Shown here: positions 35,570 to 46,124 of the stretch, one piece after another
How the letters are laid out: every line of letters starts with the position of its first letter
How positions within the stretch are numbered: the stretch's first letter is position 1
Virus record (IMG/VR): IMGVR_UViG_3300028603_000022
Span: 1 to 64,000 of that record
Strand: one strand, 5' to 3'
Length of the DNA: 64,000 nucleotides
Source of the DNA: a virus
Taxonomy: Duplodnaviria; Caudoviricetes
Notes under the pieces: model-generated
Seen by the model: the letters and a program-made list of their open reading frames with translations, nothing else
The model's database searches: none
Told to the model about the DNA's origin: nothing
Made by a program: the position numbers and the translations under genes

Positions 35570-36361
35570 ATGACTCGTTTAAATAGCAATGTTTATGAGA
35601 AGATTAACGCGCGTAGGGCTACTCGTAACAGTTTCCCTGTTGAGTTACAGAAGATTCGTATGATCGACGTGGCGTCTTCGCGAATCGTAGTTAAGATTGA
35701 TTCAGTCTTTCATGATCGTCTTAATGAGGAGACAGCTTCAGCGTCTATTTCTAGTCTAGGCGTTCGTTACTTACCTAATTCACTGCATAAAGTGTCTATG
35801 ACTGATCCTACTCTGTTTGGAGCTTTCGTAGCGCAGAATCGTGAAACTATGTCTATGGTCGATGCTAAGGAAATGGCATCAGCCGGTACTATGTCACAGG
35901 TTAGTGATACAGTATTTCAGGACACTAATGATAACATCTGGTCTGTAGTTAGTGATGGGGATACTGCCTACCTAGTTAAGCAGCAGGAAGAAGATATTGG
36001 TGCGCTTCTTAGTGCGCAGCATGCTAGGGCAATTGCTACAGCTTCACATTCTGTTAACATGTTTGAGGACTACGGGCCTGGTATTCCAGTTGTTTACTAT
36101 GATACTCGTAAGGAAGAACTTGCTTTCGGTATTGGTGTCTCTGGAACTAGTCTTTATAATCCAGAGTCTAACAAACTTGTAGAAGTAGCGTCTGACTATG
36201 TAGTCGGGGCCTGGGATGGTCGTACAGTAAACACTTCCGAAGTTGCAGCAGCCACTGTTTCAAAAGAAGAAATTCTTGCTTACTACAGCAAACTTTACGC
36301 GCATAACAAGGAATTTCTGGCAGAAATCAAAGACATTATTTATAATGGCGTCAATGTCTAA
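35570..36361 (+). CDS. Putative prohead core/internal protein
   Basis: FQDTNDNIW motif; four E-x-A-S/A sites; GAGGT RBS; followed by a terminator. Confidence 0.55.
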   Translation: MTRLNSNVYEKINARRATRNSFPVELQKIRMIDVASSRIVVKIDSVFHDRLNEETASASISSLGVRYLPNSLHKVSMTDPTLFGAFVAQNRETMSMVDAKEMASAGTMSQVSDTVFQDTNDNIWSVVSDGDTAYLVKQQEEDIGALLSAQHARAIATASHSVNMFEDYGPGIPVVYYDTRKEELAFGIGVSGTSLYNPESNKLVEVASDYVVGAWDGRTVNTSEVAAATVSKEEILAYYSKLYAHNKEFLAEIKDIIYNGVNV

Positions 36362-36364
36362 TAA

Positions 36365-36397
36365 AAAGAGGGTTGGTAATAACTACCAACCCCTTTC
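36365..36397 (+). terminator. Intrinsic terminator-like hairpin
   Basis: GGGTTGGTA...TACCAACCC stem. Confidence 0.6.
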
Positions 36398-36414
36398 CTG
36401 TCAGGAGAAGTCAT

Positions 36415-37968
36415 ATGTTTGATATAAAAAGACTTTTATCCTACGCTTATCCTGAAGCTTTAGTAGAAGTTTCCACAGCTATTAATGGATTAGACCAAAA
36501 TGTGTCTATCTCCAATATTGATAAGGATAATGCTAGGTATTTAACCTCTATTATGGAGGCGGCTGGGTACATTTATCAGGAGTCTGATAAAGAGGTAGCT
36601 AACCTTGGAGTTTATGAATTTACCAATGTAAGCCTTTATGAAGATTTAATCGAAGAAGCAACTATGGAGGATGGTAGTGAACACGAAACCGATTATATTG
36701 AGGATAATGGATCGGACTTTGCTGGGAGTGAGTTGTCTAATTCTGCTGTTACATCTATTGACGGAGATGGTAGGGCCTTCCGCGTATTAACTAACCCTGA
36801 AATGCACAAATTCGCCATGAAAGTTTATACCGGAATGCTCGGTAATAACGAAAACATGGCGAATTACGGTATTTTTGCATATGACCTAGATAATTTCTTG
36901 TCTATGCATCAGAATACTAATACATCTTTTGACGATGATGAAGAAGAAAGTGGCGAAGACGAAAGTATTTCCGTACCTGAATCCGCCTCTATTCTTACCG
37001 TAGCTGAATTAGCGGATACTCTATTTAACGCTAATGCTGATGAGTTTCTAACTGTATTCGGTAAACATATACCAGAAACTGCTAATAATAAGTTTATCGG
37101 TAAGATTATTCTAGGTATTCTAGTCAAGGTTGTAGGAGGAGCTGTAGGTAAAGCCCTTCTTAATGCTTGGGAACGTAGAAACAAGGGAGCTTTTGAGCGA
37201 ATACTGTTTAGTATAGTTTCTATTATAGTCAGAGATTGGTTCCCCGAAGAAGCTTATTCTTACAAGTCTGACGTGCAGAAGTATAAGGAATATGAATTTG
37301 ACGATGACTATAAGTACGACATTGATCTGGACGACTATACCGTAGAAAAGGCCGAAGCTTTACTAGAAAGTGAAGGCTTTGTAGAAGGTTCAGAAGTTGC
37401 TCTAAGCCCCGCTTCTATCGGTATTCTTAGACTTCTTATAGCAGTCTTTATTAAGATCATGGCTGGCGCTCTAGGTCGTATGCTTATTGATACTTGGATC
37501 AAGAGAGATAAGAAGCGATTTGAACGCACCTTAATGTACTTCATGTTAGAAGCTATCAAGTACGTTCCTTTCAAGAAGTACATGGAATCAGCTTCTGTAG
37601 AACTATACGATGATGGTCTTCTCTTAGATTACGCCAATTTTACTGATGAATCAGAAATTGAAGGTTCTGAAACGGCGCGTAAAAAGAAAGAAAAGACTGG
37701 TAGAGGGGCGTTACTTAGTGCTCTTATGCGAGCTATGTCTGGTGATACTGGAGATAGAGCAGCTAAAGCCTGGGATAATGGTGACATGGACGCCATGGTT
37801 GAAATCATGGGTAGTGTTACTGAAAAAGTCCTAGAATCTATGCCTTATGATGAAAGTAACGATGATTCTAGTGAAGAAGAGCCTGATTCATCGGAAGTTG
37901 AAACTACTGAAACTACTGAAACTACTGAAACTATTCCTGATACTACAAGTCAAATAGATGACGTGTAA
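36415..37968 (+). CDS. Acidic polyprotein-like head protein with repeated amphipathic modules
   Basis: ATG at 36415 after AGGAG; acidic spacers alternate with three related basic/hydrophobic helices bounded by E-x-A. Confidence 0.7.
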   Translation: MFDIKRLLSYAYPEALVEVSTAINGLDQNVSISNIDKDNARYLTSIMEAAGYIYQESDKEVANLGVYEFTNVSLYEDLIEEATMEDGSEHETDYIEDNGSDFAGSELSNSAVTSIDGDGRAFRVLTNPEMHKFAMKVYTGMLGNNENMANYGIFAYDLDNFLSMHQNTNTSFDDDEEESGEDESISVPESASILTVAELADTLFNANADEFLTVFGKHIPETANNKFIGKIILGILVKVVGGAVGKALLNAWERRNKGAFERILFSIVSIIVRDWFPEEAYSYKSDVQKYKEYEFDDDYKYDIDLDDYTVEKAEALLESEGFVEGSEVALSPASIGILRLLIAVFIKIMAGALGRMLIDTWIKRDKKRFERTLMYFMLEAIKYVPFKKYMESASVELYDDGLLLDYANFTDESEIEGSETARKKKEKTGRGALLSALMRAMSGDTGDRAAKAWDNGDMDAMVEIMGSVTEKVLESMPYDESNDDSSEEEPDSSEVETTETTETTETIPDTTSQIDDV

Positions 37969-37975
37969 TTAAACT

Positions 37976-38704
37976 ATGAAAAAGAATAAACAAAAATCAG
38001 GTTTTGCTGAAGGACGGTCTAAAAATAGACCGTCCATTTCTTCGCCTGATAAAAATATAAAACACGAAAAGAAAATTAACAAATTAAACAAAGCTAAAGA
38101 TGAATTAGCAGAAGTTCTAAAGGGCGCCGGATTGGTAGGCTCTGACGGAATTGAATCAGAAGTGTCTCGTTTCCAAAAAGAAATGAAGACAGTTCGTAAG
38201 ATAGTATCTAATAAGAATGATGATGACATTAATACCGAAGTATTGAACAAACTTATGCTTCGTTCTATGCTAGCCATGACTTTAGACGTACTTCCATTGG
38301 CTGAAAAAGCCTTCCGTTCGTCTATGAAAGAGAATGCAGCTTATGCTCTAATCGCCTTGATAAAAGAAGCTAAAGAAATATCTACTGAATTGAATATGAT
38401 AGGCAACGTAGAGAATCAATCCTCTTTTATAAAAGAATCTATTGTAACCCCCTTATTCAATGCTATGGCTCAGCATTTTCTTCAAGAAATGTTGTCTATG
38501 AAATCTAATATAGACACAGAATTAGCTAATAAACCTAAAACTGGACGTAGATTGAAACGTCAATTGGATGAAGTAATGAAAGCCATTGGTATGTTCATGA
38601 CTCAATCCAATGATAAGATAGCTGAAAATATACACTTATACCTATCTGGTCAAATGGCTGACATACTAGGACCGTCTACAAAGAAGCGTAAGAAAAAAGT
38701 TTGA
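37976..38704 (+). CDS. Helical hypothetical protein, possible terminase small subunit
   Basis: All-helical with basic termini; next to an HNH gene; resemblance is weak. Confidence 0.35.
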   Translation: MKKNKQKSGFAEGRSKNRPSISSPDKNIKHEKKINKLNKAKDELAEVLKGAGLVGSDGIESEVSRFQKEMKTVRKIVSNKNDDDINTEVLNKLMLRSMLAMTLDVLPLAEKAFRSSMKENAAYALIALIKEAKEISTELNMIGNVENQSSFIKESIVTPLFNAMAQHFLQEMLSMKSNIDTELANKPKTGRRLKRQLDEVMKAIGMFMTQSNDKIAENIHLYLSGQMADILGPSTKKRKKKV

Positions 38705-38705
38705 T

Positions 38706-39080
38706 ATGGCTAAAGTAGGTAGACCTAATTTCAGACCTAAGATAAAAACTGGTCGATCTTTTGCTAAATCTAGTAAGTCTAAGTTTCCCAATAAGGAATG
38801 GTACGGTGATGACTGGCAAACTCTATCTTCCTATGTTAAACAAAGGGATAACTATACGTGTAGAGCTAATCAGTTAGGATTGCCTACTTGTAATGTTAGG
38901 TATCCACCGCCTTTCTCCAATCTCTTGCATGCTCACCATATAGTACCATTACCTAAAGGCCCCAATCACCCAAAGAACATAATCACGTTATGCGTAAATT
39001 GCCATAATCGTATTCATGATCGTCAAATAGGTAAACCTATAACAAATAAACAGAAACAGGCTGCTAAACGGTTTTTATGA
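38706..39080 (+). CDS. HNH endonuclease
   Basis: W...RDNYTC..C, HAHHIVP, N...LCVNCHNRIH. Confidence 0.92.
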   Translation: MAKVGRPNFRPKIKTGRSFAKSSKSKFPNKEWYGDDWQTLSSYVKQRDNYTCRANQLGLPTCNVRYPPPFSNLLHAHHIVPLPKGPNHPKNIITLCVNCHNRIHDRQIGKPITNKQKQAAKRFL

Positions 39081-39089
39081 GGATTCCAA

Positions 39090-39521
39090 ATGTCAACTTT
39101 ATACGATAAAATTTCCCTTCTACTTAAGTCCATTGAAAAAGCAACTCCAGAAGGTCCAGAAGAAGAAAACTTAGAATACTATCAGGACGTAATTGAGGGT
39201 GTAATCAATTATTATGAAGGTGTTCTAAATAGAGCCAACGATATAGTAGATCGTAATAAAAATAAAATATTCAGGGACGTTCTTGATTTAAACACCCGCG
39301 GGGAAATGGAACGCGCTATGCGTGCGTATACAAAATCTTACCTATTGTGTCTTCCTATATCTATTGAAGCTACATCTGAACTAGCTAAAGAGCTTATTCA
39401 AATGTGTAAAGTGTATAAAATAGATCCACCTAAAGACTGGGAAGATGTAGCTAAGTTCAATACAGATATAGGTAGAGTTAAAACTAAGCTTAAGTATATT
39501 AGAGAAACTATAGAGCTTTAG
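39090..39521 (+). CDS. Hypothetical protein
   Basis: 143 aa; GAGG RBS. Confidence 0.65.
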   Translation: MSTLYDKISLLLKSIEKATPEGPEEENLEYYQDVIEGVINYYEGVLNRANDIVDRNKNKIFRDVLDLNTRGEMERAMRAYTKSYLLCLPISIEATSELAKELIQMCKVYKIDPPKDWEDVAKFNTDIGRVKTKLKYIRETIEL

Positions 39522-39597
39522 ATAGACAAATCGAGTTTTAGTGAATACATTACCATAACTACTTGAAACGTTTGAACTATTTTACAGCTAAACCACC

Positions 39598-39637
39598 TTG
39601 ACTTTACCTTTAATACCGTGTATATTACTAATTCCTT
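39598..39637 (+). promoter_or_regulatory. Sigma70-like promoter overlapping a TAATTC motif
   Basis: TTGACT-17nt-TATATT; ACCGTGTATATTACTAATTCCTT resembles ACCGTGTAATATCCTAATTCTT at 33027-33048. Confidence 0.5.
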
Positions 39638-39693
39638 TTGAGATAGTCTTGAAAGGCTACATACGGTTTATAAAACTTGCTAGAGGTTGACCA

Positions 39694-42600
39694 ATGGAAG
39701 CGATTAACGCTGAGCGTAGTGATTTTGAGACTGAATTTCAGCTACCTGAAACTGCTGCTCGCCGCCCCAATGTAGGAACTAAATTTACATCTCCTATGGA
39801 GATGGTTAAGAAGAATCTTTATGGTATAGTTTTGAACGCCAACGCCCTATTCCGTTTAGGAATTATGGGCTCGCTGCTCAATGACCAGATGAATGAGGAA
39901 TTTTCAACCATAGACATGTCAAATGTCATTGGTTTCGATCTAAGTCCTTATGCTCAACCTATTACAGCGGATCGTCTACGAGAAACCGCGATGGTTAAGC
40001 CTGGAAATGGTAAATCCAAGCCTATTTCCATCGAATTTACTGAATCGCTGTTCAACATCGGTGGGGAAATTGTAGAGCGTATTATGAAGCTCTATCCAGA
40101 AGGTATTGATAAGGGTATTACACTATCAGCCTTCTTCCAACATATATACAATATGAACATAAGCGGTACTGTAATGACCGCTTTAACACCTTCTCTAGAC
40201 ACTTTCAAAGACACTTACCTAGACCCGCTAGATGATTTTGTAGAGTTCAAAATCAAGATTGTTACCCCTGAATACAGCGAATCAACCCACACAGTTAATC
40301 TAGATTTTACGCTTTCTATTGAACTAGAAGCGGATATTTATCCAGAAGTAATCGATTCAGAAGAATTTTCTGCGTATCTTGTTTACCTTTGGGTTTACAA
40401 TTCCTTACGTCTTACAAAGAATCGCCTTAACAAAATCGTAGACCCTCGTAAGGTGTCTGCGCATAAAAACTCTATGCTAAAACTTGGACCTATCAGACCT
40501 AAAGTAAATAAGTCTGGTTTTGCTATCCATGGTTCCGGTAATCCTATTTTCATTCCCCCTACTAGGGATATAATGGAGCAGTTCATTAAAACTGCGAACT
40601 CATGTATTGATGAGGACGGTGTATTCCGTAGGGACTTTCTTGTAGATGAGCATAAACTAGGTGACGCAATCATCTACGTAGACTGGGTAAACGATATTCT
40701 AGCGTACACCACGTCAACAGGCATTCTTTCTACGTACAACCTAGGCGATGTTGCTCCCTTTGACCCTGTTACAGAATATAACTTCCTTTCTACCCCGCTT
40801 AAATCCAACTACCTCATGCCAATCACCACTATCCTGACAGAATCGTTTAAGGATATAGAAGGTGAGAACGCGGCGAAATTTACCACGAATGAGGAAGTAA
40901 AGCGTATTCTTCGTGATCTTCCAGCGGTTCGTATATATACTAATATAGTTAACGCTACCAACGCTTCTGACGCTATTGATGCGTGTTTGTACCATGTATG
41001 CGGCGGACAGCTAGACGAGCTAGAAGATACACCAGGCCTAATAGAACTGGTTATGGCGCTTAAGTGCTTAATCAAATATCTCAATGAACTAAGGAAGTCA
41101 GACAAGGAAGCGCTTAAGCTTCCTTCTAGTATGCGTTCACAAGGTATTATTCATCGTCTTATTGGTGTTGAGTACGTACTACGAGCTATTGATAAGTATG
41201 ACGACAAAGTTATTGAGACCTATCGTCAAGCTTGGAGAACAGAAACAGCTAAATTCAAATCTGACCCCTCTGTTAGAACCTTCGACATCCCCAATATCAA
41301 AGTTGGTAAGGGTGGGTTAACTGGTCTTCTTCCACACCAAGGCCGTATTCTATCTTCTGCGATTAAATCACCACAGCAATCTATTAAGTCGGTCAGCACT
41401 GGGGGAGGCAAGACCATCATTTCCATAGTTCAATCGATTTTTGGTATTGTGAATACCAAAACGATTCCTATGATTCTTACTAAGGCGAATCTTATTCGTG
41501 GAACTATCACAGAAATTAATCAAATTTGTAAGGGTGAAATCAATGCTATTCCGTTTACACCCATTACACTACGTCGTATGGCCAGAATTTCTGGTATTGA
41601 TACTTTTGCGAAGCTGTTAAAGTGGTATCAAACTCTACCTAAAAACACCATCTTGGTTGGTAGTTATTCATCACTGGCTTCTAGACGAAAGCTATACTCC
41701 GATCTTGATATCGTAGATGGTTTCTGTGAGTTCTCTGTACCTACTACGCAGTTTATGCTTATTATTAAGCTTCTTGGTATCAGGTTCGTATCTGGTGATG
41801 AAAGTCACATGATTAAGAACCCTGAATCAGCGCGTTCTAGAAACAGTTACGCTATCTTCTCCCACGCGGATAACCGCGATGTTATGTCAGGTACAATTGT
41901 TTCTAATACCGTTCCTGATCTTGTAGGGCAGTCTAGAGCTATATCACCCTATATCTTTGGTGACGATCCTGTAGCCTTTGCGGATAGGTACGGCCTTAGC
42001 GCTGGTTTGATTAAATCAGATGCTGACGCTAAGAAGATTAAGGATCGTCTTAAGGCTACGGTAGCCTACCATGAGGCTAACGAAGAAGACTGGGCCTACA
42101 TGCTACCAGCGATGGACGACGAGATCATGTTTGCTAATATGACTCCTCTCCAACATGAGTTCTATAACCTTCTTATGCAAGAAGCAGAACTTATGCTAAT
42201 TGAACTGGAAAAATCCAAGAAAAAGATTAAAGCAGAAGAAGATGACGACGAGGAAGATGAAGAAGACGATGATGAAGGTGACAACGCGGATGGTGATGAC
42301 GAAGAAGAAGCTCGAATTGTAGCAGCGGCAAAGGTTCATCTACAAAAAGTAGAAATGTTCCTTGTTGCGCCAGACTCCAATGAACAGTATATGCAATGGG
42401 AACGTAAGCCTTCTGGTGAAGACCTAGTTTCTCCCAAAGTTCGTGAAGCTGATAAACTTATCGAAGCCCACGTATTAAAACATCGTGATGACCTACCTAA
42501 TAATAAGGTAATCGTGTTCGGTTGGAACATAGTATCCGCTGAACACTTTATGCGTCATAGTAAGTTCGCTTCCAAGTCCCTTCATTACACAGCTGGTAAT

Positions 42601-44247
42601 GAAGAAGTGATAAGACAGTTTGAAACTAACCCAACTAATATTATTCTATGCGCAACGGAAGGCAGCGTTCGAGAAGGGCTAAACCTTCAGATGACTTCGC
42701 TCATCTGCCGTTTGCAGAGCGTTTGGTCGCCAGGGGAACATAAACAAGTACGCGCTCGTATGTATCGTCCTGATCCTCGTGGCAAGTACAACCGCGATTC
42801 AGTTCGTCATGTCTGGATCATGACTCGTCTACCTAACAACCAGCCTACACTAGACGGAGTTAAAATCGCTCGTCTAGTGTCTAAATACGTATCTAATGCT
42901 AGACTTACCTATGAAGGTAGGATGGAATGGCGTAGGGTTTCCGCTGAATTTGACGAATTGAAGATGTTGAAGATGAACCTTCAACTTATCTTCCATTCAA
43001 GAGATTACGATCTGGAACCTTATTTCCAAGCTTGGAAGACATATGTTAATTGGGAAAAAGACCTTAACAAGCAAGCTAAGCGTAGGATGGCTGAAAAGCT
43101 TGAACAGGAAAACGATGTAGACCTGTTAGACGATAAAGGTAATATTACGGACATTAACAAGTTCATTCAGCTTGCTATGTACGGTGTAGAGTCTACTTAT
43201 AAGATTCCAGGCTCTAAACGTGTCTACGTACCGTTTATTCGTAATGCGTTGCCAGCTGACCCTAATAACTATGGGTTTTCTGTTCTAGGTAATAACGATA
43301 TTCCAGTAGGGACCGTTATATACACTGAATTTGGACCGGCTGTAGTTAAAGCTTCTATGAAGAAGGCCGTGAAAGTTCAATTGTATAATGGCCGTACCGT
43401 GTCTTTGAAAAAAGGTACTGTTCACGTAGCAGCCCCTTCCAAGTACAAGGAGTTCGCTAAAGTAGTTAAAGACCCGGTTAAGTGGCGTAATGAGTCCTTC
43501 GATCCCCACGGTGTTAAGGGTCTAGCCAAGGTAGAAAAAACCAAGATTAAGGATGAAGAAGAAGTTATCGAGGCTCTAGAAGATAATCTAGAGTCCGAGG
43601 ACATGGATGAAGTTGAAATCTTCGCCGGTATGCTTAACAGTTGGCCAGCCCTTATTATCGATGAAGATATTAACGAATTGAAAAATCTAGAAGGCTGGAA
43701 TCGTATTGATCCGTTTACTTCTATCACTTTCCGTAGCTGGGCTGCGGCAGAAAAACTGATCGAACTCCTTGACAGTAAGATGCATATTTCTGATAAGGTA
43801 TATGATGCTCTTATGGAAGAAATGGAAGAAATCCGTGAAGGTAAGGCTATGAGACTTACCAAACAAATTAATCCTCAAAAGTTTAGAAACTTCTTCCTAG
43901 ATCAAAAGAAGCGTCTTGGTAGAACCAAAAATGGTAAGGTCATCGTCAATCCTTATTGGATAGTTAACGATGAAAAGGTTCTTCTAGCGTTCGACACAAA
44001 CAGTCACGATCCCAACTTTATTTCTTGGTTGAACCGCAACAGAGCTAAATTCCCCGGCGTTGTCAAGATTACTAAGAACGACGCTATGTGGATTAACATA
44101 TTCAAGTCTGTCCGTGAAGCTATGCAAGACCTCAAGAACCTTACCAAGATAAGGTCTATCGATGTTGAACAAATTAAACGTGATCTGGTAGATGTTAAGG
44201 ATGAAATTCTTAAATTGAAGCGCCCCCGTAGTCGTCCTAACATGTAA
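39694..44247 (+). CDS. Large SNF2/SF2 helicase
   Basis: LLPHQ, STGGGKT, DESH, MSGT, NKVIVF, EGLNLQ, Q..ARMYR. Confidence 0.9.
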   Translation: MEAINAERSDFETEFQLPETAARRPNVGTKFTSPMEMVKKNLYGIVLNANALFRLGIMGSLLNDQMNEEFSTIDMSNVIGFDLSPYAQPITADRLRETAMVKPGNGKSKPISIEFTESLFNIGGEIVERIMKLYPEGIDKGITLSAFFQHIYNMNISGTVMTALTPSLDTFKDTYLDPLDDFVEFKIKIVTPEYSESTHTVNLDFTLSIELEADIYPEVIDSEEFSAYLVYLWVYNSLRLTKNRLNKIVDPRKVSAHKNSMLKLGPIRPKVNKSGFAIHGSGNPIFIPPTRDIMEQFIKTANSCIDEDGVFRRDFLVDEHKLGDAIIYVDWVNDILAYTTSTGILSTYNLGDVAPFDPVTEYNFLSTPLKSNYLMPITTILTESFKDIEGENAAKFTTNEEVKRILRDLPAVRIYTNIVNATNASDAIDACLYHVCGGQLDELEDTPGLIELVMALKCLIKYLNELRKSDKEALKLPSSMRSQGIIHRLIGVEYVLRAIDKYDDKVIETYRQAWRTETAKFKSDPSVRTFDIPNIKVGKGGLTGLLPHQGRILSSAIKSPQQSIKSVSTGGGKTIISIVQSIFGIVNTKTIPMILTKANLIRGTITEINQICKGEINAIPFTPITLRRMARISGIDTFAKLLKWYQTLPKNTILVGSYSSLASRRKLYSDLDIVDGFCEFSVPTTQFMLIIKLLGIRFVSGDESHMIKNPESARSRNSYAIFSHADNRDVMSGTIVSNTVPDLVGQSRAISPYIFGDDPVAFADRYGLSAGLIKSDADAKKIKDRLKATVAYHEANEEDWAYMLPAMDDEIMFANMTPLQHEFYNLLMQEAELMLIELEKSKKKIKAEEDDDEEDEEDDDEGDNADGDDEEEARIVAAAKVHLQKVEMFLVAPDSNEQYMQWERKPSGEDLVSPKVREADKLIEAHVLKHRDDLPNNKVIVFGWNIVSAEHFMRHSKFASKSLHYTAGNEEVIRQFETNPTNIILCATEGSVREGLNLQMTSLICRLQSVWSPGEHKQVRARMYRPDPRGKYNRDSVRHVWIMTRLPNNQPTLDGVKIARLVSKYVSNARLTYEGRMEWRRVSAEFDELKMLKMNLQLIFHSRDYDLEPYFQAWKTYVNWEKDLNKQAKRRMAEKLEQENDVDLLDDKGNITDINKFIQLAMYGVESTYKIPGSKRVYVPFIRNALPADPNNYGFSVLGNNDIPVGTVIYTEFGPAVVKASMKKAVKVQLYNGRTVSLKKGTVHVAAPSKYKEFAKVVKDPVKWRNESFDPHGVKGLAKVEKTKIKDEEEVIEALEDNLESEDMDEVEIFAGMLNSWPALIIDEDINELKNLEGWNRIDPFTSITFRSWAAAEKLIELLDSKMHISDKVYDALMEEMEEIREGKAMRLTKQINPQKFRNFFLDQKKRLGRTKNGKVIVNPYWIVNDEKVLLAFDTNSHDPNFISWLNRNRAKFPGVVKITKNDAMWINIFKSVREAMQDLKNLTKIRSIDVEQIKRDLVDVKDEILKLKRPRSRPNM

Positions 44248-44275
44248 TTTCTATTTTAGATATAAGAGCATTGAT

Positions 44276-46075
44276 ATGTCAAATTATAAAGATTTTGTAT
44301 CTAGACAACTTGAGAGTATGGAGGTAGCTAGTCTACCTCCTACTCAATATACTAAATTAGGAGCTTATCTTCTTGCTAAAGGATTGGTAGTTTTAGCTGG
44401 TAATGGGGAAGGTAAAACCTACGCGGAACGTAACGCCGTCATAATGAAGGATTTGTTGAATCCAAGGTTCACTAAGAAATACGCTATACCAGAGAATTTT
44501 CATAAGTTTGACCCCTCTGGACCTGCTCTTTTTGTTAAGCCTCTTAAAGAGGCTATAAAAATTATGGTGGAAGACCCTAAAGTATCCGCAGAAGAAGCTT
44601 CTCTTTTGAAATTCGCGGTCAACTTTATGGAGAACCCTTCTAAGACTCCTAACTATATAGAAAGAGCTAGAAAACACGCTGCTACTATAAGTGCTGCTTA
44701 TTATCGGAATTTTGAGAAAGTAGTTGGTAAAATTCAAGGTTCTACATCTGGTAATAAGTCAAATATCGTAGATTTACAGAGACAATTATCAGAGTTAGTA
44801 TCAGAAATTACAGGCAAGAAAGCTAAACCAGACGTTCTCAACGTACCTAATACTACAATTGTAGAAATGAGACGTTCAGGTGGGGACAACCTAGATAAGG
44901 CACGCCGATACGCTCAAATGCGTAGGGAGTTAGGAGCTTCTTATGATAAAGACCTAATAGGTTTTATCTCATCAAAGAATCCTAGTGTAGTAAAAATTCA
45001 AGACGCTTATACTTATATGGATAAGCTAGGGTATAAGATACATAAGATACCAAATGTAGCCAAAAGCATACCTCTTAAATTAGGTATGTCGCTAGGTAAA
45101 CCAAAGTTTTACACTGGTGATGACCGTCCTATAGCGCAGAATATTCCTTCTAATGCTAAAGATATCAAACTATCACCTAGATACGACCCTAAAACAGGGG
45201 CTGGAGGTTATCTAACCTATACTTCCGATGTAGCTGCAGGTATTACTAGGGTATACACAGAAGCCCATCAGAATCAATCAGCTTCTAAAATATCATCTGA
45301 CACCCAAGCTGTTACCACTAAGATGACTTCTGTGTTGTCTAGATGGAAAAAGGATTTAACATCTACTGATCCCATCAAGAAGATGGGCGCTACCGCCTCT
45401 GTCATGATTTACATGACAGCTATGCGAGTTGGAGCTAGACAGACTACAGCGGCAGCTCAATCTGGTGTAGCTACCTACGGAGCTATATCCCTTAGACCTC
45501 CTCATATAATTCTACGTAAGAATAGTATATTCCTTAAATATAAAGGAAAGGCAGCTAGTAAAACAGGACTGGAGCAGCAACATATTATTAAAGTTAATCC
45601 TGCTGATGGTCTTACTAAGCGAGTCTATCAGAATCTTGAAAAGCTTATGGCAGGGAAGAAGAAGACTGATCTTGTCTTCTCTGTCCCTAATAAGAACAAA
45701 AATAAGAAACCTGTTGTTTTAACGTATGCTGCCTATATTCAGTATCTAAAAGACTCCGGTTATCCCGCTGGACCGCATAAGATGCGTAGAGTTCGCGGTA
45801 CTAACCTAATGATCGATCTTCTAAAGAAAGAAAAGTTCAACCTTTCTGTTAAAGCTTCCGGTAATCTTTCTAGGTCGCAGAAGGAAGGTGAACAGTTTGT
45901 TATTGAAAAGATTCTAACTCCTATTGCCATCTTGTTAGGACATAAGTCCGGTACAGGAGCTACGTTGTGGCGTACTACCGTGAAAAGTTATGTCGAAGTT
46001 AAGCCTCTTATTGACTTCTTCCAGAAGCAGGGTCTTAGAGCACCGAAATGGCTTCCGAAGAAGGCGTCAGATTAA
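44276..46075 (+). CDS. DNA topoisomerase IB-like protein with N-terminal extension
   Basis: MRVG, TYGA..L, YKGK, HKMRRVRGT, LGH...KSYV catalytic pattern. Confidence 0.75.
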   Translation: MSNYKDFVSRQLESMEVASLPPTQYTKLGAYLLAKGLVVLAGNGEGKTYAERNAVIMKDLLNPRFTKKYAIPENFHKFDPSGPALFVKPLKEAIKIMVEDPKVSAEEASLLKFAVNFMENPSKTPNYIERARKHAATISAAYYRNFEKVVGKIQGSTSGNKSNIVDLQRQLSELVSEITGKKAKPDVLNVPNTTIVEMRRSGGDNLDKARRYAQMRRELGASYDKDLIGFISSKNPSVVKIQDAYTYMDKLGYKIHKIPNVAKSIPLKLGMSLGKPKFYTGDDRPIAQNIPSNAKDIKLSPRYDPKTGAGGYLTYTSDVAAGITRVYTEAHQNQSASKISSDTQAVTTKMTSVLSRWKKDLTSTDPIKKMGATASVMIYMTAMRVGARQTTAAAQSGVATYGAISLRPPHIILRKNSIFLKYKGKAASKTGLEQQHIIKVNPADGLTKRVYQNLEKLMAGKKKTDLVFSVPNKNKNKKPVVLTYAAYIQYLKDSGYPAGPHKMRRVRGTNLMIDLLKKEKFNLSVKASGNLSRSQKEGEQFVIEKILTPIAILLGHKSGTGATLWRTTVKSYVEVKPLIDFFQKQGLRAPKWLPKKASD

Positions 46076-46124
46076 TTATATACCTAGAAGAATAGTACCA
46101 TTAATTAGAGGAACAAAACTAGTT

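Noticed and set aside
37900-37932. GAAACTACT tandem repeat
   Set aside because: Coding low-complexity ETT repeat with no sign of an independent role.
44276-46075. Protelomerase or integrase call
   Set aside because: RVG, YKGK, R..GT and KSY match topoisomerase IB better, and no long palindromic tel site or att site was seen.
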